Below, piece by piece: positions 43,941 to 54,369 of a stretch of DNA of 64,000 nt (within the stretch, counting starts at the first letter, position 1; each line of letters begins with the position of its first letter). The position numbers and the translations under genes are program-made. This stretch comes from an uncultured Actinomycetes bacterium (GTDB taxonomy: Bacteria; Actinomycetota; UBA4738; HRBIN12): assembly GCA_963704725.1 (NCBI GenBank), contig OY969934.1, forward strand, positions 2,880,001-2,944,000, written 5' to 3'. The notes under the pieces are model-generated. The model saw only the letters and a program-made list of their open reading frames with translations, was not told the origin of the DNA and did not search any database.

Positions 43941-44972
43941 ATGAAGCGAGCCCTCGTCACTGGGATCACGGGGCAAGACGGTTCATACCTCGCGGAGCTC
44001 CTGCTCCAGCAGGGGTACGAGGTCCACGGCATGATCCGCCGCTCCTCCTCCTTCAACACCGGGCGCATCGAGCACCTGTACCAGGACCCGCACGAGGAGA
44101 GCGTTCGGCTCTTCCTGCATTACGGCGACCTGGTTGACGGGTCGCAGCTGGCGCGGTTGATCCGGTCTATTCGCCCCGACGAGATCTACAACCTCGGGGC
44201 GCAGAGCCACGTCTTAGTCTCGTTCGAACAGCCGGAGTACACGGGCGACGTGGCGGGCCTCGGTATCACGAGATTGCTCGAGGCGATCCGCGAGAGTGGC
44301 GTGCCCACGCGCCTCTACCAGGCATCGTCGTCGGAGATGTTCGGGAACGCCCCCCCGCCTCAGTCCGAGACGACCCGATTCGAGCCGCGCTCCCCCTACG
44401 CGGTGGCGAAGCTCTACGCCTACTGGTTGACACGGACCTACCGGGACGCCTACGGGATGTTCGCCGTATCGGGCATCCTGTTCAACCACGAAGGTGAGCG
44501 CCGGGGCGAGACATTCGTGAGTCGCAAGATTACGGCGGCTGTTGCACGGATCGTGGCCGGCGCACAGACTCGTCTGTACCTCGGGAACCTGGACGCCGTC
44601 CGCGACTGGGGCCACGCTCGCGACTACGTGCAGGCGATGTACCTGATGCTCCAGCAGGACGCTCCAAGGGACTACGTGATCGGCACGGGCGAGGGGCACA
44701 CCGTCCGAGAGTTCTGCGAACTGGCCTTCGGCCATGTTGGGCTCGAGTGGGCGCCGTTCGTGATGTTCGACCCCCGGTATGTGAGGCCGAACGAAGTGGA
44801 TGAGCTTGTCGCGGACCCATCGAGGGCGCGCGCCGAACTCGGCTGGACACCGACGGTGAGCTTCGACCGGCTGGTGACGTCGATGGTCGAGGCCGACCTC
44901 GCGAAAGCGGGACTCACCCTTGAGGCAGCGCGGGAGCGCGTCGCCGGAGGGCAGGTGCGCGCCCCTGTTTGA
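43941..44972 (+). CDS. gmd: GDP-mannose 4,6-dehydratase
   Basis: [42 protein letters not shown]. Confidence 0.95.
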   Translation: MKRALVTGITGQDGSYLAELLLQQGYEVHGMIRRSSSFNTGRIEHLYQDPHEESVRLFLHYGDLVDGSQLARLIRSIRPDEIYNLGAQSHVLVSFEQPEYTGDVAGLGITRLLEAIRESGVPTRLYQASSSEMFGNAPPPQSETTRFEPRSPYAVAKLYAYWLTRTYRDAYGMFAVSGILFNHEGERRGETFVSRKITAAVARIVAGAQTRLYLGNLDAVRDWGHARDYVQAMYLMLQQDAPRDYVIGTGEGHTVREFCELAFGHVGLEWAPFVMFDPRYVRPNEVDELVADPSRARAELGWTPTVSFDRLVTSMVEADLAKAGLTLEAARERVAGGQVRAPV

Positions 44973-45900
44973 CTTGACGGGCAAGCGAGTGTGGGTCGCT
45001 GGCCACAGAGGTTTGGTGGGTTCCGCCTTGCTTCGCAGGCTGGAACGCGAACCGGTAGCGGAAGTTGTGACAGTACCTTCAAGTGAGGTCGATCTCCGTC
45101 GCCAAGACCAAACCGAGCGTTTCGTCTCTAGCACCCAGCCAACGGTTCTCTTCTTGGCGGCCGCGAAGGTGGGCGGGATCCAAGCGAATCGCATGGCGCA
45201 GGGTGACTTCCTCTACGAGAACCTGATGATCGGGGCCAACGTGCTCGAGGCTGCGCGGCGAGCCGGCGTCGAGAAGACGGTCGTGTTTGGCTCGTCGTGC
45301 ATCTATCCGCGGGAGGCGCCGCAACCGATCCCGGAGGAGGCGCTCCTCACGGGTCTCCTGGAGCCCACCAACGAGGGGTACGCAATCGCGAAGATCGCCA
45401 CGCTCGAGCTCGGCAAGATGTACCGACGGCAGTACGGGATGGATGTCATCTCGCTCATGCCGACGAACCTGTACGGGCCCGAAGACAACTTCGATCCCTT
45501 CACAAGCCACGTGTTGGCTGGTCTCCTGCGCAGGATCCACGAGGCGAAGGTGTCGGGGGCCCGCTCAGTCGAGGTCTGGGGCTCCGGGGAACCGCGGCGC
45601 GAGTTCCTTCACATCGACGACCTTGCCGATGCGGCCGTGTTCGCGCTCCGGAACCACGACGGAGAGGCGCACCTCAACGTCGGGACCGGCAAGGACATCT
45701 CCGTCCGCGCGCTCGCCGAGCTCATCGCGGACGTCGTCGGCTGGGATGGCGCCTTCGTGTTCAACACCGACATGCCCGATGGGATGCAGCGGAAGCTCCT
45801 GGACGTGTCCCGTCTCGCTTCCCTCGGCTGGCAGGCTCGGATCGCCCTGCGCGATGGGCTGCTGGAGACCTACCGTTGGTACACGGCATCCTCGGGATGA
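44965..45900 (+). CDS. fcl: GDP-L-fucose synthase (start codon uncertain: CTG 44965 or TTG 44974)
   Basis: [45 protein letters not shown]. Confidence 0.93.
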   Translation: MFDLTGKRVWVAGHRGLVGSALLRRLEREPVAEVVTVPSSEVDLRRQDQTERFVSSTQPTVLFLAAAKVGGIQANRMAQGDFLYENLMIGANVLEAARRAGVEKTVVFGSSCIYPREAPQPIPEEALLTGLLEPTNEGYAIAKIATLELGKMYRRQYGMDVISLMPTNLYGPEDNFDPFTSHVLAGLLRRIHEAKVSGARSVEVWGSGEPRREFLHIDDLADAAVFALRNHDGEAHLNVGTGKDISVRALAELIADVVGWDGAFVFNTDMPDGMQRKLLDVSRLASLGWQARIALRDGLLETYRWYTASSG

Positions 45901-46005
45901 AGGTTGCGCCCCACGAACGTCGACGATCCGTCACACGCGAGGGTGGCCCACTCTCTGCTCGGCCGCTTCCCGTCCTCGCCACGAGAGCCGTGAAATGAGC
46001 AGCAC

Positions 46006-47001
46006 ATGAGTCCGAGGACCGCATTGATCACGGGGGTCACCGGCCAGGATGGTGCGTATCTGTCCGAGCTGCTGCGCGAGAAGGGCTATCGCGTTGCCGG
46101 GATGGTTAGGAGCCTCGCCGGGCCGAGAACCGAGGCCGTGCGGCGGCTTCTCCCCTTCGTCGACCTCATCGAGGGCGACCTCCGGGACCTGACCTCGCTC
46201 GTGAGGTCACTCGAGCGCACACAGCCCAACGAGGTGTACAACCTCGGCGCCCTTTCCTCCGTATCCCGCTCTTGGGCGCAACCGGAGCTCACCGCGGAGG
46301 TGACCGGCATCGGCGCACTCCGCATGCTCGGCGCGATCCGGCTGGTTGGCGCTGCCGGAAGCGTGCGGTTCTACCAGGCGTCTAGCTCGGAGATGTACGG
46401 GCGCGCGGTCACCTCGCCCCAGTCGGAAACGACGCCGTTCGCGCCCATACACCCATACGCCATCGCCAAAGTGCTCGCGCATCACACCACGGTCACCTTC
46501 CGCGAGGTGCACGGACTGTTCGCCGTCTGCGGGATCCTCTTCAACCATGAGTCGCCGCGGAGGGGAGAGCAGTTCGTGACGCGGAAGATCAGCCGCGGGG
46601 TAGCCCGTATCTCGCTCGGCCTCCAGGACCATATCCTCCTCGGGGACCTCGACGTTCGCCGGGATTGGGGCTACGCACCCGAATACGTCGAGGCGATGTG
46701 GATGATGCTGCAGCAGCCGGAACCGGACGACTACGTCATCGCAACCGGCGTGACCAACAGCGTCCGGGACTTCCTGGATGCCGCTTTCAAGGAGATCGGC
46801 GTCGATGACTGGCGACCGATGGTGCGGCAGGACCGCAGCCTCCTGCGACCAACGGACATCGTTGAGCTCTGTGGGGACGCCTCGAAGGCCAGGCAAACCA
46901 TGGGTTGGTTCCCTCGAACCGGATTCCACGAGCTCGTGCGCATCATGGTCGCCGCCGACATGGAGGTGGAGAGCGCCCTCCAACGCACCGATCCTCCGTG
47001 A
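46006..47001 (+). CDS. gmd: Second GDP-mannose 4,6-dehydratase
   Basis: [44 protein letters not shown]. Confidence 0.9.
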   Translation: MSPRTALITGVTGQDGAYLSELLREKGYRVAGMVRSLAGPRTEAVRRLLPFVDLIEGDLRDLTSLVRSLERTQPNEVYNLGALSSVSRSWAQPELTAEVTGIGALRMLGAIRLVGAAGSVRFYQASSSEMYGRAVTSPQSETTPFAPIHPYAIAKVLAHHTTVTFREVHGLFAVCGILFNHESPRRGEQFVTRKISRGVARISLGLQDHILLGDLDVRRDWGYAPEYVEAMWMMLQQPEPDDYVIATGVTNSVRDFLDAAFKEIGVDDWRPMVRQDRSLLRPTDIVELCGDASKARQTMGWFPRTGFHELVRIMVAADMEVESALQRTDPP

Positions 47002-47008
47002 TGGACGG

Positions 47009-48099
47009 TCAGACCGCGTTCGACGCGATCCGATAGGCGGCCGACGTGCTCTCCGCTGTCTTGGTCCATGTGAAGCGCCCTGCGTGCACGACACCCCGCT
47101 CCGAAACGCCGCGACGCAACTCGGTGTCGGACAGCAGTCGGTCGAGTTGGGACGCCAAGGTGCTGCTGTCTCCTGGAGGGAAGTAGAGCGCCGCATCCCC
47201 CCCTGCCTCCCGGTGGGAAGAGGAATCGGCGAGCAACGCCGGCGTACCGCAGGCCATCGCCTCGAGCGTGGGCAGGCCGAAACCCTCGTACCTTGAGGGG
47301 AACACGAAGGCACTCGCTCCCCCGAACACACCAGGCAGTTCCTCATCACTCGCATCCCGCTGGATGACCAGGCTGCGCACGCTCCACCGTGAAAGCAGAG
47401 CATCCTCGGCTTCCGAGAACGACCCGCCCCCGACGGCGAGGAACCGAGTGGCGGGCCACTTCGGGGCGATCTCGGCGAACGCCTCAACCGCGACGCGGAA
47501 GTCCTTGTATCCGCTTCGATTGCCCAGGAACAGCACGTAGTTGTCGGGACACCACGAGGGAAGGGGCGACCGGGGGGCGAACCGACGACTGACACCGAGG
47601 TGCGTCACCAGCGCTGGTGACTCGAGGGGACCGTACACGCGCAGGAGATCCTGGCGGGTGCTCTCGGAGATACACAGGACCATGCTCGCTCGCCTCACGT
47701 ACTCCCGCTTGTGCATGTGCGGATTGCCCCGGGGGAAGAGATCGGGGAACAGTTCGGGGATCATGTCGTACACGGTCACGACCATCGGGACGCTGGGACC
47801 CTGGCGGAGGTAGTCCGCCAAGTAGAAGGTGCGGTGTGTGAGGTCGGCTCGGGGCCGGGTGATATCCATCGTCCTGTTGGCCCACCGAAGTGCGCGCGCC
47901 TTCGAACCACCCGGGATCCGAAGCGACCTGCCGATGCCGGCTTCCAGCGCGTGGCGTCGAGCGTCCATCGCCACCCCAGCTGGACCTGAACGCCAAGGTC
48001 CGGATCCTCCGTGAGCTCCCTGATCAGCTCGACGAAGTAGCGTGAGACACCTCCGCGCCGCTGGGCAACGAAGATCTGATCGTCGTAGTGCACCCTCAC
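47009..48099 (-). pseudogene. GT4 glycosyltransferase, frameshifted near 47960
   Basis: N-terminus VRVHYDDQIFVAQRRGGVSRYF (GTG 48099) is in a different frame from the body (FPSRYEGFGLPTLEAMACG, 47009..47974). Confidence 0.75.
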
Positions 48100-48457
48100 C
48101 GAGAGCGAACCCCCGGCGCCGGACGCCTCGAGGCCGTTGGACGCTTCGGGCTCTTGCGGAGATGGTCGGACGTTCGGCGTTTCCCGAGAGGAGGGAACCG
48201 GCATGCGGTCGCGCTCACCACCGTCGACACCCTTCTCGGCGCCTCGAATCTCGTCGCCGATGCGGTTCGCAGCGCTCCGCCTTCTCCTTCACACGGACGA
48301 TCGCGGCACCCGCCCAGCTCGGCCAGCAAGCGTACCGCGCGCGCCCGCCGCCTGCGACACCCGCGCAGATCTCCTTGCTATGGTTCCCGCCGGAGCAGCC
48401 TGACGTCATCACTCTCCACTGCTCGGAGGCTGGCGGGCATCCGGATGGGTTCGTCCA

Positions 48458-49874
48458 TGATGGGCCTGATGAGGAGGGTGGTGGAGCGCCTGCGCCCTCG
48501 AGAGCTCGCAACCCTTCCTCCGAAGCCCGTTCCCGCGAGCGCTACAAGCGGATCGGCCTGACCGCGATAGCGTCGATGAGCGCGCGGGGCGTGGGTATCG
48601 CAACTACGTTGATCACCCTTCCATTGACCGTTCGGTATCTCGGTGCCGAGCAGTACGGACTCTGGGTCACGATCACGTCCGTCACTGCCCTGTTGGGGTT
48701 CGCGAATCTCGGATTGAGCAACGGCCTCGTCAACGGAGTGTCCGAGGCACATGGGAGGAACGATCGAGAGGCCCTCCGTGGATACGTGTCCAGCGCGTTC
48801 TATCTGCTGCTCGGCGTGATGGGGATCTTGGCCATCTCCTTCGCCGCGACCTACCGCTTCATCCCGTGGCCCCGCGTGTTCAACGTCGCTTCGTCGGATG
48901 CGGCTGCGGTTGCCGGTCCCGCCATGGCGGTCTTCCTCGCGCTCAGCCTGGTGAGTCTCCCCCTTGGTGTCGTCCAGAGCATCCAGGCCGGCTTCCAAGA
49001 GGGGTTCGTGAGCAGCGCCTGGCAAGGCGCGGGCAGTGTCATCTCGCTGATCGGGATCGTCGTCGCCATCTCCCTCAAGGCAGATCTCCCGTGGTTGGTC
49101 CTCGCCTTCGGCGTCGGGCCGGTGGTCGCGACGCTCCTGAACGGCGTCGTCCTCGTCCGCCGACGACCCTGGCTCGTCCCCCGCCTGAAGGAGGCGACCC
49201 TCCCCGCTATCAAGCGGCTGATGAGGCTTGGGCTGATGTTCTTCATCCTTGCGATCGCCGCAGCCGTCGCCTACGAGACGGACAACATAGTGATCGCGCA
49301 GCTGCTTGGCCCGGAGCAGGTCGCTCAGTACGCCATCCCGATGAAGCTCTTCATGATGACGCCCCTCCTCCTGAGCTTCGCTCTCGCCCCGCTCTGGCCA
49401 GCGTATGGGGAGGCGCTCGCCCGTGGAGATCATGCCTGGGTGAGACGCGCCTTGACCCGATCCCTGGCCATCTCCGCAACGCTTGGATTGACCGTGTCCG
49501 CGGCGCTGCTGGTCGTAGCGGCCCCCGTGATACGTGTCTGGGCCGGCAGCGCGATCGAGCCCACCACCCCGCTGCTCCTCGCACTCGCTGCCTGGGCGGC
49601 GGTTAACTGCCTAGCCGGGCCCATCGCCATGTACCTGAACGGAGCCAACGCGCTCGGCATCCAGGCGGCGTGCGCCAGTGTCATGATGGTGGCCAATCTC
49701 GCGCTTTCGATCGCCCTAACGCGTGCCGTCGGGGTCTCAGGTCCCGCATGGGGTTCGGTCATCTCGCAGGTCCTGTTCGTGCTGCTTCCATGCGCGTTCT
49801 ATGCCCGTTCGACCCTCAGGCGCCTGTCGGATCAAGGATCGCCCACCCGCACTGAAGCACCATCTGCCCGATAG
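48458..49874 (+). CDS. Wzx-like oligosaccharide flippase, apparently frameshifted near 48510
   Basis: Many hydrophobic segments; RYLGAEQYGLW, LGLSNGL, TDNIVIAQLLG. The plausible start MMGLMRRVVERLRP lies in another frame. Confidence 0.8.
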
Positions 49875-49979
49875 GGCCTCGCGGGCAGAGGGCCCCTACG
49901 CGACCGCCCCGGGGCTCGGGGAGCGACGTCGCGCCTTCCCTCAGTACGCGTCGCGCGACCCCCTTCGAGCACACCGAAC

Positions 49980-50139
49980 CACGCGTTGCGTTCCAGATCT
50001 CGAAGGTGCCATCGGTAGAAACGCCATCGATCACGAGGAGCTCCAGATCGCGGTGGGATTGGGCGGCGATGCTGCTGATGCACCGCTGAAGCGTGCTGGC
50101 ACCGTTGCGAACGTCCATGACGACTGAAACCCGCGCCAT
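49980..50139 (-). pseudogene. Truncated, frameshifted copy of the GT2 5' end
   Basis: MARVSVVMDVRNGASTLQRCISSIAAQSHRDLELLVIDGVSTDGT aligns with the N-terminus of 53547..54284; similarity ends after LERNA. Confidence 0.8.
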
Positions 50140-50158
50140 CCAGGGCAGGATAGCGTGG

Positions 50159-51229
50159 TCATCTCCGGCGGTGCAGCTCCGAGCGGATCACGGTTCTCAG
50201 CATCGTGGGACGGACCGGGGAGTACGGCGAGATCAAGGAGAGCCATGCCAATCGCAAGCGCTCGATGGCCGACCCAGGCGCCAGCGGCGCGCGATCGTCC
50301 GCCTCGATGGCCTCGACGACCTCTGCGGCGAACCGCTCCCAGGTGAACTGCGATGCGAGCAACTCGTCATTCATCCCCCGCATCTCATCCAACGAAGCTT
50401 CAGGTGCCTCGAGCTGTTCACGCAGGAGCGCCGCTGCCCGCTCGGCATCGTCGAGTGGGAGCGCAACGATGCCCGGATACCCTTCGTAGCCGCTCTGCGG
50501 GGTGCAAGCGGGCACCAACCCCCACGCCATCGATTCCAGGACGGTCGCAGGACCCGCGTCGTGACGGCCCACGGTGATGGACAGGTCGTGGTCGGCGACG
50601 AGAGCCCTGGCCTCGGGTCGACGGAAGTCCTGAGGACCGAAGGCACGGAAGCCTTCGACGCTGCCTCGGGGCCCACCGATCCATGACGCTTCAACACCGG
50701 GGAGACGAGCGGCGATCTCGGAGAGGTAGGAGGTATTCTTCTGCCACCCCGCATGTCCGATGTACAGGAGCTTCCGTCGGCCTGAGGGCGCGAACCGACG
50801 CTTCACCCGCGGGAAGTCGACGGGGTCCACTGCCAGATCGAGATGGGTCATCCTCGGGAGCCACCGCCTGAACGGCGACGCACCGATCCTGTCGAACCAG
50901 TAGCTGCCGGATATCGCGAGATATCGATCACATCGGGGAAGGACCGGATCGGCGAAGGCGACCTGCTGGGGGTCCAAGTTGAAGGGACTCAGCATCACGA
51001 CCCGCCGCCAGCCAGGGCTCGCCGCGCTGCGGCGGAACACGGTGAACGGCATCGGATGAGGATGGCCGAGGAGCACAGCGTCCGGGTGAGGCCTGATCGG
51101 ACGCAACTCGTCCCAGTCGTGCAGTTCCACCTCGTAGCGGGTGGCAAGTCGCTCGGCGAGTTTGCGTCCGATCGCATCGGGGCACGAGATCCGGTCGCCG
51201 TGCGGGTAGATCAGATGAACGAGCGTCAT
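50159..51229 (-). CDS. GT-B fold glycosyltransferase
   Basis: LLYIG..KN, PATVLESMAWGL, FTWERF; glycan cluster context. Confidence 0.75.
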   Translation of the reverse strand: MTLVHLIYPHGDRISCPDAIGRKLAERLATRYEVELHDWDELRPIRPHPDAVLLGHPHPMPFTVFRRSAASPGWRRVVMLSPFNLDPQQVAFADPVLPRCDRYLAISGSYWFDRIGASPFRRWLPRMTHLDLAVDPVDFPRVKRRFAPSGRRKLLYIGHAGWQKNTSYLSEIAARLPGVEASWIGGPRGSVEGFRAFGPQDFRRPEARALVADHDLSITVGRHDAGPATVLESMAWGLVPACTPQSGYEGYPGIVALPLDDAERAAALLREQLEAPEASLDEMRGMNDELLASQFTWERFAAEVVEAIEADDRAPLAPGSAIERLRLAWLSLISPYSPVRPTMLRTVIRSELHRRR

Positions 51230-51960
51230 GCCATCTCGGCCAGCTTGCGTCCGGCGTAGATGAGCGTCGCACCATGAGCGTCGGGATTGCGCCCCTCCTC
51301 GCGTGGCAGGACACGGTCGAGAACCGGCGCGAACGTCGCGAGGTGCGGGCGGACGTCGGCCTCGGTGAGCGCGATGGGGTGGCCGACGTCTTCGTCGTGG
51401 AAGCGATCGTCCTCGTCGATGAGATCCTGACCGAAGATGAGGAAGCCGTTCGGGCGAACGAGTCGCGCCGCGTTCGCGAGTGCGAGATCAGCGTCATAGA
51501 CGTGGTCCAGGACGTTGATCATGACGACCACTTCCAGGCTCCAATCCGGGAGATCCAGCTCCTCGGCGGGATGGTCATCGATCTCGGCTCGGCCATCGCG
51601 AAATGCGTCCGCCAGCCAGGACTGTCGGAATCGCACGTACTGCCGGACGAGCGGGTCGCTGCAGAGGACACGGCGCGCGGTTCGCTCCTGCAGGATCAGG
51701 CGAGTGTTCGTGTACGGCCCGCACCCGACCTCCAGGTAGTCGCCGACCTCGGAGGGAAGGAATCGGTAGGAGTCGAACTTCTCCGCCCACCAGTGGTTCC
51801 AGTCATCGTGTTCGGGGAGTCCCCTCGTTCGCGCGAGGACGGGACGGGCGAGGGGCCACACCAGACGCTTCCAGCCCTTCTTCCGGTCGGCGTCGCGCCA
51901 CACGCTCAGTTCCCACCTCTGCGCCTGCATCCATCGATCCCTGCTCACGCGACGAGACAT
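51226..51960 (-). CDS. Class I SAM-dependent methyltransferase
   Basis: YLEVGCGP, INVLDHV, VRPNG; GGAGG RBS before ATG 51960. Confidence 0.8.
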   Translation of the reverse strand: MSRRVSRDRWMQAQRWELSVWRDADRKKGWKRLVWPLARPVLARTRGLPEHDDWNHWWAEKFDSYRFLPSEVGDYLEVGCGPYTNTRLILQERTARRVLCSDPLVRQYVRFRQSWLADAFRDGRAEIDDHPAEELDLPDWSLEVVVMINVLDHVYDADLALANAARLVRPNGFLIFGQDLIDEDDRFHDEDVGHPIALTEADVRPHLATFAPVLDRVLPREEGRNPDAHGATLIYAGRKLAEMA

Positions 51961-52126
51961 CTCACCTCCGTCGACAAAACGATCCTTTGGCTGGCGCCGG
52001 GAGCCGTGATGCGATTCGAGCACGCTGTTGACACCCTCGAGTCGACCTGGACGACTACAACTGGTCGACCCAGCGCCGGAATGGGGGTGGCCGACGAACT
52101 GGTCGATCTCCGGACACCCTGTCGCC

Positions 52127-52951
52127 CTACTCTTTCGTCGCGACAAACGAATACAGCCTCCCGGCCCCACGTCGATTCATCATCGAGCGTATCGTCCGCT
52201 CGACCAAGGGGATTGTCCCGAGTCGCCGGCCTAACGCGCCCAGCCGCTGCTCGAGCACGACGCGCGGGCGCACTCTGACCTCCTCGTCGGACCGTGCCGC
52301 CGGGAATGCGTTGATCACAGTGTCCCAGGGTCCCAGGACCCGCTCCAGGCGAAGCCCGGACGCGCGGAATGCCGCGATGTAGTCCTCCAAGCGGTAGGCG
52401 TGTTCCCCACCTGCAAGCTGGTGGACCGGATGGTTGGACAAGAACTCGGCCAGCTGATGGTCGTCGTCGACGACATGCTCGCGCACGGCGATCACGCGTC
52501 CGAGCGGCCTCACGACGCGGCGACATTCGCCGATTAGGGCCGACACGCTCGACGCGTGATGCAGGACTTGACGGAGGGACACGACGTCGAACACGTCATC
52601 GCGGAAGGGTAAGCGCTCGCCCACGCCGCCGACGGCCGCGACGGGAGTCTCCGAGCCCAGGTGCGCGACGGCACCGAGCCCAACGACCTCGCCCAGATCC
52701 GGATCGAGCGCCACGACGGCCGCGGCCCCGGAGGTCGCGAACGCGTGCGCGCCGATCGCTCGCCCTGCCCCGATATCGAGCACGCGTCCTCGTACCAGCT
52801 CTCCGCCGATCCGCAAGATCGCCTCGAACTCGGCGGAGCGCCGGTACCGCTCGGCGGCGACCACAACATCTTCCTCGAGATACGCGTCCATGACCAAGTC
52901 CGCCGCGCCGGGATCAAGGCGCAGGTGTCCGACCGCCTCGTTGACGTCCAT
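52127..52951 (-). CDS. Class I SAM-dependent methyltransferase
   Basis: VLDIGAG, GERLPF..FDVV..QVLHH, RVVRPLG. Confidence 0.85.
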   Translation of the reverse strand: MDVNEAVGHLRLDPGAADLVMDAYLEEDVVVAAERYRRSAEFEAILRIGGELVRGRVLDIGAGRAIGAHAFATSGAAAVVALDPDLGEVVGLGAVAHLGSETPVAAVGGVGERLPFRDDVFDVVSLRQVLHHASSVSALIGECRRVVRPLGRVIAVREHVVDDDHQLAEFLSNHPVHQLAGGEHAYRLEDYIAAFRASGLRLERVLGPWDTVINAFPAARSDEEVRVRPRVVLEQRLGALGRRLGTIPLVERTIRSMMNRRGAGRLYSFVATKE

Positions 52952-52984
52952 CCACGTGCCCCCCCTTACTCCTCCCTGCCAAGG

Positions 52985-53506
52985 CTACGCGAGGAGGAGG
53001 CTGTCGATGAGCGGGGCGATGACCGCCCCGATTAAGCCTGCGAACACATCGCCGCCTGGGCGCCAATGCAGCAGGCCTGCGGGATTGCGGCATCCTTCGC
53101 GACAGCCGGCATCGGACACCAACTTCATCGCCCCCAAAAGGGCGTGGTCTACCCCCTCGCGACGACCGCGGCGCCAGAACGAAATCGAGCCCTGATCAGC
53201 GTGCACGACGACGCCGGCCATGGCCAATCCGAAGAAAGCCCAGGCGGAAGGATCCAGCCTCCCGCATCCGGAGAACATGTACTGAGCAAAGACGCCGGCG
53301 GATCCACCGAGGAAGCCGAGTAACTCCGGCTTGCCATCCACCTCCGCAAGATACGCCCGACGAAGGCCCGTAGGAGAGCCGCGGAGAACACGAGCACAAA
53401 CAAGCAATCCCAGGAACGGAACCCGAGGAGATCTGGCGCACGAGGACGTCTGGCAGTGGCACAGGCAGGAGAAGAGAGACTCGTGCGGAAGTAGCGACTG
53501 AGCCAA
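52985..53506 (-). pseudogene. Possible degraded membrane-protein gene (O-antigen ligase/polymerase-like C-terminus)
   Basis: Hydrophobic stretches (LLGFLGGSAGVFAQYMFS, AWAFFGLAMA, FAGLIGAVIAPL) mixed with implausible sequence; atypical codon use. Confidence 0.3.
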
Positions 53507-53546
53507 GTGGTACGTCGATGGCCCCCATTGACCCTCGGTGTCCGGA

Positions 53547-54284
53547 TCACGTCCGTCTCAGTACGCGGCGCACGCTCCCTCTCGCGAGAACCATCGAGAG
53601 GTTCCAGGTCGCTCGCAGGACGCCGACCGCCGGGCTTCTTGCCTGGGCCTTCCACGCCTCCCAGTGGAACGGAAGGAGGGCCCGCTGGCTCACGCCCCCC
53701 TCCCCCATCAGGACGACCACGGCGTCCACGAAGGCCACTCGCGCATCGGGCCCGAGTCGGAGGAGGAACTGGTAGTCGCCCGCGATGCGGAAGGAGTCGT
53801 CGAATCGACCCAGGCGCTCGAACAGCGTGCGGTGATGCAGCGCGCCCGGGTGGGCGACGACCTGATGTCGACGCATCCCGTCCCAATCCCACGGCTGCCC
53901 CACGACCGAGCGGACTCGTCCGTTCTGATCGACGACGGCCACCTTGGCCGTGACGAGCTCGACTCCGCTCGCCGCCGCCAGCAGGAGCGCCACGGCGTCC
54001 TGTGAGGCGAAGGCGTCGTCCGCACCCAGGAAGCACACCCACTCTCCGGTGACGTGCTCGAGTGCTTTGTTCCACGCGTCGTAGATGCCTCGGTCGGGTT
54101 CCGAGACCTGGTAGGCGATCGATGCCGCGTTGCGCTCCAACACCTCCGGCGTGCCGTCGGTGGAGGCGCCGTCGATGACGACGAGCTCAACGTCTCCGTG
54201 GGACTGGGCGGTGACGCTGCGGATGCACCGCTGGAGCGTTTCCACGCCGTTGCGAACGGCCACCACCACCGAGACGCGCGCCAT
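53547..54284 (-). CDS. GT2 glycosyltransferase (WcaE/WfgS-like)
   Basis: IDGASTDGT, SEPDRGIYDAWNK, FLGADD, FRIAGDY. Confidence 0.9.
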   Translation of the reverse strand: MARVSVVVAVRNGVETLQRCIRSVTAQSHGDVELVVIDGASTDGTPEVLERNAASIAYQVSEPDRGIYDAWNKALEHVTGEWVCFLGADDAFASQDAVALLLAAASGVELVTAKVAVVDQNGRVRSVVGQPWDWDGMRRHQVVAHPGALHHRTLFERLGRFDDSFRIAGDYQFLLRLGPDARVAFVDAVVVLMGEGGVSQRALLPFHWEAWKAQARSPAVGVLRATWNLSMVLARGSVRRVLRRT

Positions 54285-54310
54285 CGGCCGGAGGATAGCG
54301 GCGCGGGACC

Positions 54311-54341
54311 ACCGGGGGCGGCGAGCTCCGCCGCCCCCGGT
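54311..54341 (-). terminator. GC-rich hairpin downstream of the protease gene
   Basis: accgggggcggcg-agctc-cgccgcccccggt, perfect 13-bp stem. Confidence 0.65.
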
Positions 54342-54369
54342 CGGCTCCGATCCGCGCTCCGCTCTCCCC

